The notes below the pieces were generated by a model. It saw only the letters and a program-made list of their open reading frames with translations, made no database searches and was not told the origin of the DNA. A stretch of DNA of 64,000 bases from Elusimicrobiota bacterium (GTDB taxonomy: Bacteria > Elusimicrobiota > Elusimicrobia > Elusimicrobiales > UBA9959): assembly GCA_027340875.1 (NCBI GenBank), contig DAIENX010000007.1:129871-193870 (forward strand), given 5' to 3'. The position numbers and the translations under genes are program-made. Positions 37,087 to 45,735 of the stretch are shown piece after piece. Position 1 is the stretch's first letter. Every line of letters begins with the position of its first letter.

Positions 37087-39183
37087 CTAAAAACCGCTCC
37101 AGCGGACTTCCTCTTCCTTCTCCCCGGCGCCCCTGGCCCCGGAGAAGACCCCCAGCGGGGCTTCCACGAAGAGCGGGCGCCGCGTCAGCTCCGTTACCTC
37201 GGCGGGGTCTATCCCCTCGCTGCGGAAGACGCCGAGCAGCAGGGCCGAGCAGGTCTTGGAGCCGCAGGCGCCCATGCCGGCGCGCGTCACGGCCTTCAGC
37301 TGATTGAGGTCCCTGACCCCGGCGCGGATCTGGCGCCGTATCTCGCCCAGGGAGACTCTCTCGCAGCGGCAGATGATGGTTTCATCGTCGGCCTTCGCCA
37401 GGTCGGCCGCGGCTTTTTTGCCGGCCTCCTCCTCGTAGAGGCGGATGGAGACGGCCTTGTCGGCTACGGCCGGGGCGGCCTTCACCACGACTATCATCGT
37501 GTTCTCGGCCTTGAAATCCTTTACGTCCAGCACCTCGGCCTCCCCGAGGTCCGCGCCCTCGCGCCCGGCGAGACGCACGCGGTCGCCCTTCTTCACCAGG
37601 CCGCGGCCTATCTCGAAAGGCAGCGCCACAGTAGGATTGGCGGGGTCCTTCCGGTAGTCGACTATCGTGACGGCCAGACCGGGGCAGACGATCAGGCACT
37701 TGTAGCAGCCTATGCAGTCCCCGGAGAAGCGCGGCGTGGTCATGATGCTGTCGCCGGAAAGTTTTATGGACTTCTTCGGGCAGACCGTGACGCAGGGGTT
37801 ACACGGGATCTCCTGCCGGCAGTGCAGCACCGGATAGACCTTGTTCGGGAGCTCCAGCTCCGGCTCGGGCTCGGTGGCGCCGGGCCTGGACTTCAGCACC
37901 TCCAGCCTGTCGAACCAGAACTGCGGCACGGGAGCGGCCATCACTCCGAGCGCCTTCAGGACCTTGTGCGCCGTTATCTTGCCGCTGAACATCGCGGCCG
38001 AGGCCTCGGCTATCTCCTCCGCGTCGCCGCAGATAAAGGCCTCGAGGCCGGCTTCCAGCGCCTGCGCGTGGAACTCGTTGACCGGGTTCAAGCCCACGGC
38101 GACCAGCAGGGTGTCGGCCTTGAAAGTCTTCTCGGTGCCGGGCTGAACGCGGAAGCGCTCGTCGACGCCGGCTATGGTCACCGACTCCACCCCTTCCCGG
38201 CCGTCGGCGCGCACTATCGTGTGGCGGGTGTAGATAGGCACTCCAAGCCGGCGTATCTTGTCCTTATGCACCTTGTAGCCGCCGCATTCGGCCTGCGCCT
38301 CTATCAGCCCGGCCACCTGTATCCCGGCCTGCAGGGCGTGATAGGCCGCTATCAGGCCCACGTTGCCGCCGCCTACGATGAAAAGTTTTTTGGCCGGCCT
38401 GACCATGTCCCTGTTCACGAGGGTCTGGAAGGCGCCGGCGCCGTAGACGCCCGGCAGGGTATTGCCCGGGAACGAGAGGCTCTTCTCGCGGGCGCCCGTG
38501 GCGCTGATGAAGGCCTTGGGGCGCACCAGCACGTACCTGGAACCGCGCAGCACTCCGACCTTCCTGTCGGAGAAGACGGCCAGGCAGGTGGCGCCGGTCC
38601 AGACCTCCACCGACGGATATTCCTTGAGCTGTTCCTCGAGCTTCGCGGCTATGTCGATGCCGCGGGTGCCGGCGTAGCAGTCCTCCACCGAGCCGAAGAA
38701 CTTGTGCGTCTGCAGCAGCAGCTTGCCGCCCAGCGCGTGCTTGTCGTCGATGACGAGGGTCTTCACGTTGAGCTTGCCCAGCTCGGCGGCCGCGGCCAGA
38801 CCGGACGGGCCGCCGCCCACCACCAGCGCGTCCACCTCAAGTTCCTCCGCGCCGCCGAAGCCGCGCACCGGGGCGGCCGAAGGCAGGCGGGGGGCGCCGC
38901 TCATGGTCTCGACCCGCATCCCGCCGCGCACCGGCGTCACGCAGGACTTGACCGGCAGCCCGTCGGCTATGACCGAGCACTGCGCGCACTGGCCGTTCGC
39001 GCAGAAGACGCCCTGCGGGGCGCCGTCCTTCTTGTGGCGGCTGAAGACCTTGATGCCGTTGGCGTAAAGCGCGCTGGAGATCATCTCTCCCTCGAACGCT
39101 TCGCAGGAACGGCCGTCGAAAGTGAAATTTACCGTCCGCCTCTCTTCCGGCTGGAGAACGGGGTGCTCGGTGATCCTGTCCAT
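37087..39183 (-). CDS. Multidomain FAD/NAD oxidoreductase: 2Fe-2S + pyridine nucleotide oxidoreductase + 4Fe-4S dicluster + BFD-like
   Basis: FCANGQCAQC, GGGPSG, GGGNVG, CNPCVTVCP / CIGCYKCLIVCP, ICRCERV..GACGSKTC. Confidence 0.9.
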   Translation of the reverse strand: MDRITEHPVLQPEERRTVNFTFDGRSCEAFEGEMISSALYANGIKVFSRHKKDGAPQGVFCANGQCAQCSVIADGLPVKSCVTPVRGGMRVETMSGAPRLPSAAPVRGFGGAEELEVDALVVGGGPSGLAAAAELGKLNVKTLVIDDKHALGGKLLLQTHKFFGSVEDCYAGTRGIDIAAKLEEQLKEYPSVEVWTGATCLAVFSDRKVGVLRGSRYVLVRPKAFISATGAREKSLSFPGNTLPGVYGAGAFQTLVNRDMVRPAKKLFIVGGGNVGLIAAYHALQAGIQVAGLIEAQAECGGYKVHKDKIRRLGVPIYTRHTIVRADGREGVESVTIAGVDERFRVQPGTEKTFKADTLLVAVGLNPVNEFHAQALEAGLEAFICGDAEEIAEASAAMFSGKITAHKVLKALGVMAAPVPQFWFDRLEVLKSRPGATEPEPELELPNKVYPVLHCRQEIPCNPCVTVCPKKSIKLSGDSIMTTPRFSGDCIGCYKCLIVCPGLAVTIVDYRKDPANPTVALPFEIGRGLVKKGDRVRLAGREGADLGEAEVLDVKDFKAENTMIVVVKAAPAVADKAVSIRLYEEEAGKKAAADLAKADDETIICRCERVSLGEIRRQIRAGVRDLNQLKAVTRAGMGACGSKTCSALLLGVFRSEGIDPAEVTELTRRPLFVEAPLGVFSGARGAGEKEEEVRWSGF

Positions 39184-39301
39184 CGCTGTCCTCTCCTGGG
39201 CGGGCGCGGCGGCCCGGCAGTTCCATTATAATAAATAACCCCGGGGGCGGACCGCCGGACTCCGGCGTTTTGGTATAATAGACCTGACAATGGAGGGTAA
39301 A

Positions 39302-39829
39302 ATGAAAAAGATATTTTTAGCGGCCGCGTTCTGCCTCGCGGCGGGCGGCCTGCGCGCCGCCGACTTCACGCTGGACTCGGCGAAGCTCGCCGACATCCCC
39401 GCCGTCTCCGCCCCGGAGTCGGCCCCGCGGCTCCCCGCGCCCAAGCCGGTCCGGAACGGGCATTACGTGCAGGTCTCCGGCTACGTGAACCTCAACGGCA
39501 ACGGCTGGATGCCGGCCGGCGACAACGGCGGTTTCACTTCCGTCACGCTGAACGGCTGGGCGACCTTCCGCGACTCCGCCGGCAAGGTGACCAGCAACAA
39601 CACCTATATCAGCACCCCGGTCTCGCTCTGGGTGAGGCCGAACCAGTACGTCTTCCAGACCGTCTGGCCCAGCGTCTACGCCACGTTCTACCGCGACGGC
39701 AAGATAGTAGGCTCGGCGAACATGACCGGCAGCGTCTCCGTGAACGGCTGGCCCAGCTCCAGCTTCTTCAGCCTCAGCGGCTCGGGCTATCTCAACGGCT
39801 CCGTGTACGTAGAGGACGAGCGGAAATAG
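39302..39829 (+). CDS. Hypothetical secreted all-beta protein
   Basis: SD GGAGGG, signal peptide MKKIFL..LRA, Asn/Ser/Gly/aromatic strands; TGGTATAAT promoter box upstream and terminator downstream. Confidence 0.8.
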   Translation: MKKIFLAAAFCLAAGGLRAADFTLDSAKLADIPAVSAPESAPRLPAPKPVRNGHYVQVSGYVNLNGNGWMPAGDNGGFTSVTLNGWATFRDSAGKVTSNNTYISTPVSLWVRPNQYVFQTVWPSVYATFYRDGKIVGSANMTGSVSVNGWPSSSFFSLSGSGYLNGSVYVEDERK

Positions 39830-39849
39830 CGCCGCTGCCTGGAAGCGGG

Positions 39850-39880
39850 AAAGGGCGGCTTTAACCGGCCGCCCTTTTTT
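39850..39880 (+). terminator. Intrinsic terminator
   Basis: GGGCGGC/GCCGCCC stem plus T6. Confidence 0.8.
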
Positions 39881-39894
39881 ATTATCATCTCCCT

Positions 39895-40794
39895 ATGAGG
39901 ATACTAGAAGGCAAGACCCTTTCAACTGAGATCCTGGGCGCCCTTCCCGCCAGAATAGAGGGCGTCCGCGCCAGGCTGGGCAGGCCCCCGTCGCTGGCCA
40001 TCATCAACTATTTCGCGGACTCGCCCTCGGCGGTCTACGTCAAGCGCAAGATCGCCGCCTGCGAGAAGCTCGGCATAGCGGTCAAGCTCTTCTCCCCGAA
40101 GGCCGAGGAAGGGTACCCCGCTTTCAAGGCCCTGCTGGCCAGGCTGGGCGCGGACCCTGCATACGACGCCATCATGATAGAGCGCCCGCTGCCCGACGGC
40201 TTCGAGACGCTGGAGACCTGGGACGCCGTGCCGGCCGCCAAGGACGTGGACGGCCTCTCCACGATGAACATGGGGCGCCTGTTCATCTCCAAGAAATTCT
40301 CGGAGATAGAGACCGGCGGCTACTTCGTGCCCTGCACGGCGCTCGCCGTGGTGAGGCTGATGCGTTTCCACGGCATAGACCCGGCCGGCATGAACATAGC
40401 CGTGGCCGGCCGCTCCGCGGTGGTGGGCAGGCCGCTGGCGCAGATGCTCACCGCGCTGAACGCCACCGTAACGGTCTGCCACACGCGCACCAAGGACATC
40501 GCCTCGGTATTCAGGGCCGCCGACCTGGTCATCACCGCCGCCGGCAAGGCTAAATGGCTCAAGAAGGAGCTGCTGCCGCCGGGCGCGATGATCATAGACG
40601 TCGGAACGAACTTCGACGAGAACGGCAGGATGTGCGGCGACGCGGACCTCGAGGACATCAAGGGCTCCGCGGAGGCGGCTTCGCCGGTGCCCGGCGGGGT
40701 GGGTCCGGTCACGCTGGCCTGCCTGATCGAAGCCTCGGTGCGGGCCGCCGAGCTGGCGCCCAGGACCGAGAAAGGCGGGATAATCCTGACATGA
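39895..40794 (+). CDS. folD: Methylenetetrahydrofolate dehydrogenase/cyclohydrolase
   Basis: YVKRK, KDVDG, PCT, GRSAVVGRP, IDVG, PVPGGVGPVT. Confidence 0.95.
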   Translation: MRILEGKTLSTEILGALPARIEGVRARLGRPPSLAIINYFADSPSAVYVKRKIAACEKLGIAVKLFSPKAEEGYPAFKALLARLGADPAYDAIMIERPLPDGFETLETWDAVPAAKDVDGLSTMNMGRLFISKKFSEIETGGYFVPCTALAVVRLMRFHGIDPAGMNIAVAGRSAVVGRPLAQMLTALNATVTVCHTRTKDIASVFRAADLVITAAGKAKWLKKELLPPGAMIIDVGTNFDENGRMCGDADLEDIKGSAEAASPVPGGVGPVTLACLIEASVRAAELAPRTEKGGIILT

Positions 40795-41459
40795 GAACGA
40801 TACTGAAACTGGCCCTGGCGCTGCTGCTGCCGGCCGCCCTGGCGCTGCCTGGAGCGGCGCAGGACGAGGACGCGGGAGACGCGCCCGCGGAACAGGCCGC
40901 CGCTGCGGGCGGCGATGCCGCCCAGAAGCCGGAGGCCCCGAAAAAAGCCGAGGCCCCGAAAGAACCGGCAGCTAAAAAAACCGCGGTTAAAAAGAAGTCC
41001 TCTAAAAAGAAGAAGGCCAAGAAGAAGGAAGAGCCTGTATCGGAGTACAAGTTCTCCTCCGGGGAAGAGCAGGGCACCTACAAGCTGGACAAGGACGCGA
41101 ACCCGATCCGGGAGGAAAGCGCCGCCAAGAAGAAAGCGGCGGCGAAGAAAAAATCCTCCAAGAAAAAATCCAAAAAGAAGGCCGCCAAGCCGGAGGACGC
41201 CAGTTCCGACTACAAGTTCTCCTCGGAAGAGAGCGGGTCGACCTACAAGCTGGACAGGAAGGCCAACCCGATAGTCGACAAGTCGAAGAAAAAGAAGAGC
41301 TCCGGAAAAAGCGCCGGGAAAGGCGCACAGACCCCGATACCCAAGCTTCAGCCGGCCAAGTCAATCGGCGAAGAGGACAAGCCGGAGGGCGGCATGCCCG
41401 GGGGACTGCCTCCGGGCCTTCAGGGCTTGATGGGCGGCGGCGGGGGAGGCGGAAAATAA
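40791..41459 (+). CDS. Secreted Lys-rich protein with duplicated YKFSS..TYKLD..ANPI motif
   Basis: Signal peptide; ATGA overlap with folD; two 23-aa repeats separated by poly-Lys tracts. Confidence 0.75.
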   Translation: MRTILKLALALLLPAALALPGAAQDEDAGDAPAEQAAAAGGDAAQKPEAPKKAEAPKEPAAKKTAVKKKSSKKKKAKKKEEPVSEYKFSSGEEQGTYKLDKDANPIREESAAKKKAAAKKKSSKKKSKKKAAKPEDASSDYKFSSEESGSTYKLDRKANPIVDKSKKKKSSGKSAGKGAQTPIPKLQPAKSIGEEDKPEGGMPGGLPPGLQGLMGGGGGGGK

Positions 41460-41947
41460 TGTCAGACCTTCTGGTAAAGCTTTACGAACTGCCGTCATCG
41501 AGAGACGTCCTTGAGCGGCTGGGAAAGGACGGCATAACGGTGCGCCGCGCTATAGGACCGGAAAAACACGCTGTGGTCGAGTGGGTAGAGAAGGAATTCT
41601 CACGCGCCTGGGCCTCCGAGTGCGACGTAGCGATGTCCTCCCACCCGGTCTCCTGCTTCATCGCCGAAAAGGACGGGAAGATCCTGGGCTTCGCCTGCTA
41701 CGACGCCACCCTGAAGGGCTTCTTCGGCCCGATAGGAGTGGACCGCTCGCTGAAGATAAAAGGGCTGGGCTCGGCCCTGCTGCTGCGCGCGCTGGAAGCC
41801 ATGCGCGACGCAGGCTACGGCTACGCCGCCGTAGGCTGGGCTGGACCGGTGGACTTCTTCAGGAAGACCGTAGGCGCCATCGTCATAGAGGGCTCGGAGC
41901 CAGGAGTCTACAAGGGGCTGGTGAAAGCCGCCCCACGCAAAGAATGA
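41459..41947 (+). CDS. GNAT family N-acetyltransferase
   Basis: DLLVKLY, GFACYD, FFGPIGV...GLGSALL. Confidence 0.9.
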   Translation: MSDLLVKLYELPSSRDVLERLGKDGITVRRAIGPEKHAVVEWVEKEFSRAWASECDVAMSSHPVSCFIAEKDGKILGFACYDATLKGFFGPIGVDRSLKIKGLGSALLLRALEAMRDAGYGYAAVGWAGPVDFFRKTVGAIVIEGSEPGVYKGLVKAAPRKE

Positions 41948-42690
41948 AAGCCGGCCGCGACTGGCACAGGGGTTTCTTCAGGAACTCCTTCTACAATCCC
42001 GCCTCGGAAGCGGCCGTCGAGAAAGCCCCGGCGGAAGCCGCTTTCGTCCTTAGAAAGCTCGGGCTAAAAAAAGGGTCCGCCCTGCTGGACCTCTGCTGCG
42101 GTCCCGGCCGGCACGCCGTGGAATTCGCGAAGAAGGGCCTGGCCGTCACGGGCTACGACTATTCCGCCGAGTACCTGAAAGAGGCCGGGGAGCGCGCGGC
42201 GCGGAAAAAGGTAAGGCTGCGCCTGGTCCGCGGCGACATGCGGGACCTGAAGTTCCTCTCCGAGTTCGACGCGGCCGTTAACCTGTTCACCAGCTTCGGT
42301 TATTTCCTTAAATTCTCCGACGACATCAGGACGCTGAAAGGCGTGGCCCGCGCCCTCAGGCCGGGCGGCCTGTTCCTGATAGACATCGTCAACGGGGCCT
42401 TCGTCCGGAAGCATTTCCGGCCCGAGAGCTGGTGCGATATGGGAAGCTATTACCACCTGGAACGGACCGAGCTCACCGCAGACGGGACGCACAATACCTG
42501 GACCCGCGTCCCCAAGCGCGGCGGCAAAGCGGGAAGCAGGACCTTCTTCACCAGGATGTACGATAAAAAACGCCTGAGCGCCGCGCTGCGCCGGACGGGC
42601 CTGAAGCCTCTCTCCTTCTGGGGGAATTTCCGCGGCGCGCCGCTTTCCGACGACCGCAACCGCCTGATCTGTCTCGCTAAAAAGTCCTGA
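41944..42690 (+). CDS. Class I SAM-dependent methyltransferase
   Basis: LDLCCGPGRH, GDMRDL, NLFTSFGY, LRPGG; start ATG 41944. Confidence 0.92.
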   Translation: MKAGRDWHRGFFRNSFYNPASEAAVEKAPAEAAFVLRKLGLKKGSALLDLCCGPGRHAVEFAKKGLAVTGYDYSAEYLKEAGERAARKKVRLRLVRGDMRDLKFLSEFDAAVNLFTSFGYFLKFSDDIRTLKGVARALRPGGLFLIDIVNGAFVRKHFRPESWCDMGSYYHLERTELTADGTHNTWTRVPKRGGKAGSRTFFTRMYDKKRLSAALRRTGLKPLSFWGNFRGAPLSDDRNRLICLAKKS

Positions 42691-42699
42691 ACACTGCCG

Positions 42700-43716
42700 C
42701 TAGCCCTGTCCCGCGGCCAGCTGGCCGCAGGCGGCGGCTATATCCCCGCCCTTCTCCGGCCTAAGATAAGTGCGCAGGCCAGCCGCTATCAGCTCCCGCT
42801 GGAAGGCCTTAACGCGCGGCGTTTCGCCGCCGGGCGAGCCGGGGGGATTGTACGGTATCAGGTTGACGCGGCACGGGATGCCGCCGATGAGCCCGGCCAG
42901 CAGCGCGGAATCGGAAGGCCGGTCGTTCAGGCCCGGGAAAAGGATATACTCGAACATCACGTGCGCGTCGCGGGCCGCGCAGTAATTCCTCACGGCGTCG
43001 ATCACCTTCCGCAGCGGATATGTTCTCTCCATCGGGACCAGCCGCGCGCGCTGCTCCTCTTCGGCCGCCACTACGGAAACCGCCAGCCGCACCTTCAGGT
43101 CCGAGGCGGCCAGCTTCTCTATGACGGGGATCACCCCGACGGTGGAGAGCGTCATCTTGGCCTGCGGGAAATGACGGCCGCGGCTGTCGGACAGTATGCG
43201 TATGGCCCTCTCTACGTTCTCCCAGTTAAGGAAAGGCTCCCCCATGCCCATGAAGACCAGGCTGCTGAGCCCGCCGTCGGCCTCCTTCAGGCAGGCCTCG
43301 AACTGGGCTATTATCTCCGGCGCCGTAAGGGAGCGCTTGAGCCCGAGCGCGCCCGTGGCGCAGAACGTGCAGCCGCAGGCGCAGCCGGACTGGGAGGAGA
43401 GGCAGGCCACCAGCCTGTCCTTGGCCGGCAGCACCACGCATTCTGCCGGGGCGCCTTCGGAGAAGCGAAGCAGCATCTTCCGCGTTCCGTCGCGCGACAC
43501 CTGCAGCTTCTCCGGGGAAGGCACCGCGGAGAGGGAGAATGCCGGCGAAAGGGCGGCGCAGACCCGGGCGGGCACTCCGGGCAGGGAGGACAGGTCCCCG
43601 TCGCGGCGGCGGTGGACGGCCAGATAGACGGCGGCGGCGTGGGACGGCTTCTCGCCCAGCCGCGCCAGCTCGCTCTCCAGCTCCGGCCGGGTCAGGCTCC
43701 TAAGATCGGACTTCAT
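42700..43716 (-). CDS. rlmN: Radical SAM RNA methyltransferase RlmN
   Basis: DGTRK, CLSSQSGCACGCTFC, MGMGEP, VNLIPYN, DIAAACGQL. Confidence 0.9.
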   Translation of the reverse strand: MKSDLRSLTRPELESELARLGEKPSHAAAVYLAVHRRRDGDLSSLPGVPARVCAALSPAFSLSAVPSPEKLQVSRDGTRKMLLRFSEGAPAECVVLPAKDRLVACLSSQSGCACGCTFCATGALGLKRSLTAPEIIAQFEACLKEADGGLSSLVFMGMGEPFLNWENVERAIRILSDSRGRHFPQAKMTLSTVGVIPVIEKLAASDLKVRLAVSVVAAEEEQRARLVPMERTYPLRKVIDAVRNYCAARDAHVMFEYILFPGLNDRPSDSALLAGLIGGIPCRVNLIPYNPPGSPGGETPRVKAFQRELIAAGLRTYLRPEKGGDIAAACGQLAAGQG

Positions 43717-43759
43717 CAAATTCAAGTTTCTATTCAAAATTCCCTACAGGAGGGTGAGT

Positions 43760-43989
43760 CAAGTACATGGGCCCGTCGGGAACGCTATCGGCCACTGACC
43801 AATGGTCGTGCCGCATCAGGAGCTATGCTCTTCAAGCGGCCACCGTGGCCGCGCTCCCGCACTGCGGTGTCGCTTCGCTCCACCCGGCCTCGGCGCTGGC
43901 CTATGGCCGTGCCGTATCAGGCGCTATGCGCATCAGACGGCCTGCGCAAGCCTCGCCCTGCGCGAGGGCCCGCCGAACCCATGTCCTTG
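43760..43989 (-). other. Structured element with terminal inverted repeat and two tandem covarying modules (candidate cis-regulatory RNA or MITE)
   Basis: 43760-43780 pairs 17/21 with 43969-43989 (two mismatches are G-U on minus strand); modules 43791-43841 and 43893-43942 differ by compensatory changes. Confidence 0.65.
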
Positions 43990-44003
43990 CCCCGCCCACA
44001 GAA

Positions 44004-45011
44004 CTAGCCCGCGAGTTCGAACATCCTGTCTATGGCCACCTTGGCCTTGGCGGCTATGTCCGCCGGCACGGTCACCTCGGGATAGGCGGGGTCGCGCAAC
44101 GCGGCGAGCACGCTCTCGAGCGTTATGGACTTCATGTACGGGCAGAGCCGGCACATCGCTATGAAATTCTTTTGCGGGAAGCGGAGCTTCGCCAGCTCGC
44201 CGAAGCCGCACTCGGTCACCAGCAGGTAGCCGGAGGCGTTCGTGCTCTCGACGTAGCGCATCATGTCCCCGGTGCCGCCCATGAAGTCCACGGCCGCGAT
44301 CAGGTCGGAGGGGCACTCGGCGTGGGCCAGCACGGCCAGGCCGGGGTGGTTCTTCCTGTAGACCTTGATCAGCTCCGGGTTGAACTGCTCGTGCACGATG
44401 CAGGTGCCCTTCCAGAGTATGATGTCCCTGCCCGGGGTCTTGCCGAGGGCCTTGGCCAGGTTGGCCCCCATAAAACGGTCGGGGACGAAGATGACCTTGT
44501 CGTGCTTCTCGTAGACCCGGCGCAGTATCTTCTCGGCGTTCGCGCTGGTGACGATGCAGTCGGACTCGGCCTTCACCTCGGCGGAGGTGTTGATGTACGT
44601 GACCACCGGGGCGCCGGGGTGCTCGGCCTTGAGCTTCCGGACGTCCGCGCCGGTTATGGACTCGGAAAGAGAGCAGCCGGCGTTGGAGGAGGGGACCAGG
44701 ACCTTCTTGCCGGGGTTCAGTATCTTGGCGGTCTCGGCCATGAAGTGGACGCCGCAGAAAACGATGACGTCGGCGTCCGTCCTGCGGCAGTCGTCGGCCA
44801 GCTTGTAGGAGTCTCCGACCAGATCGCCTATGCCGAGGATGATGTCCGGGGTCTGGTAGACGTGGGCGCAGACCACAGCGTTCCTCTCTTTCTTAAGCCG
44901 GTTTATCTCCTGCGTCAGGGCCGCGACCTTCTCGAGCCCGCCCTCGACGCAGCGCTGGTGCAGGCCCAGCGCGGTCAGCCGCTTCACCTCTTCCTTCAGT
45001 TCCTGGTCCAT
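44004..45011 (-). CDS. nadA: Quinolinate synthase
   Basis: AHVYQ, GDSYKL, FCGVHFMAETAKIL, GCSL, YINTSAEVKA, CIVH, CPYMK. Confidence 0.95.
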   Translation of the reverse strand: MDQELKEEVKRLTALGLHQRCVEGGLEKVAALTQEINRLKKERNAVVCAHVYQTPDIILGIGDLVGDSYKLADDCRRTDADVIVFCGVHFMAETAKILNPGKKVLVPSSNAGCSLSESITGADVRKLKAEHPGAPVVTYINTSAEVKAESDCIVTSANAEKILRRVYEKHDKVIFVPDRFMGANLAKALGKTPGRDIILWKGTCIVHEQFNPELIKVYRKNHPGLAVLAHAECPSDLIAAVDFMGGTGDMMRYVESTNASGYLLVTECGFGELAKLRFPQKNFIAMCRLCPYMKSITLESVLAALRDPAYPEVTVPADIAAKAKVAIDRMFELAG

Positions 45012-45012
45012 G

Positions 45013-45735
45013 TTATTTATCCAGTATGTCCGGGTAGTTGCTGAAGATGCAGTCCACCCCGATCGCGCGCAGACGGATGGCGTCCTTCTTCTCGTTGACG
45101 GTGTAGATGCAGACCTCGAATCCGGCCTTCTTTATCAGGCCCACGTTGGCCTTGAAGGCCAGCCTCAGCGCCATGTGGAAATTCACCGCCCCGACGGCCC
45201 TGGCCTTCCTGATGGCCGGGGCCAGCAGCACCGTGCTGAGCCCGTGCCCAAGGTAGGCCAGCCGGATTTCGGACGAAAGGGCGCGGAAGCGCTTAAGCGT
45301 GCCGTGGTCGAAGCTCGACACCAGGGAGCGCTCGAGCATCCCGGGCCGGCCGGCGATAGCGGCCAGCACCTGCTCCTCTATGCCGGGGTAGACGTTGTCG
45401 TCGTTCTTCACCTCGAAGTTGAGCAAGCGCGCACCGGGTCCTATCACGTCCAGGACCTCTTCCAGGCGCGGCACCGGCTGGAAGGCCGGGTCGGCCGCGA
45501 AGTGCGCGGCCGCGTTGAGCTTCACGAGCTCGGGGTAGTCCAGCTCCGCTATCCTGGCCGGGGAACCGGCAGTGCGCTTCAGGTCGAAATCGTGGTGCAC
45601 CACCAGCACGCCGTCGCGTGTCCGGTGCACGTCGAACTCGTGGTCGACGGCGCCCATCTCCACCGCCAGGCGGAAGGACTTGAGCGTGTTCTCCGGGGCG
45701 TAGCCGGAGGCCCCTCGGTGGGCTATGACCCTCAT
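45013..45735 (-). CDS. Glycerophosphodiester phosphodiesterase
   Basis: IAHRGASGYAPENT, EFDVH, YTVN, IFSNYP; start ATG 45735. Confidence 0.92.
   Translation of the reverse strand: MRVIAHRGASGYAPENTLKSFRLAVEMGAVDHEFDVHRTRDGVLVVHHDFDLKRTAGSPARIAELDYPELVKLNAAAHFAADPAFQPVPRLEEVLDVIGPGARLLNFEVKNDDNVYPGIEEQVLAAIAGRPGMLERSLVSSFDHGTLKRFRALSSEIRLAYLGHGLSTVLLAPAIRKARAVGAVNFHMALRLAFKANVGLIKKAGFEVCIYTVNEKKDAIRLRAIGVDCIFSNYPDILDK

Noticed and set aside
42700..43716. Cfr resistance methyltransferase
   Set aside because: Housekeeping context, host-like codon usage and MGMGEPF motif fit RlmN; a phylogeny would be needed to exclude Cfr-like clades fully
43791..43942. CRISPR mini-array or known nadA (NAD+) riboswitch
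   Set aside because: Only two diverged copies and no cas genes; the element is downstream, not upstream, of nadA and I cannot match it to that motif
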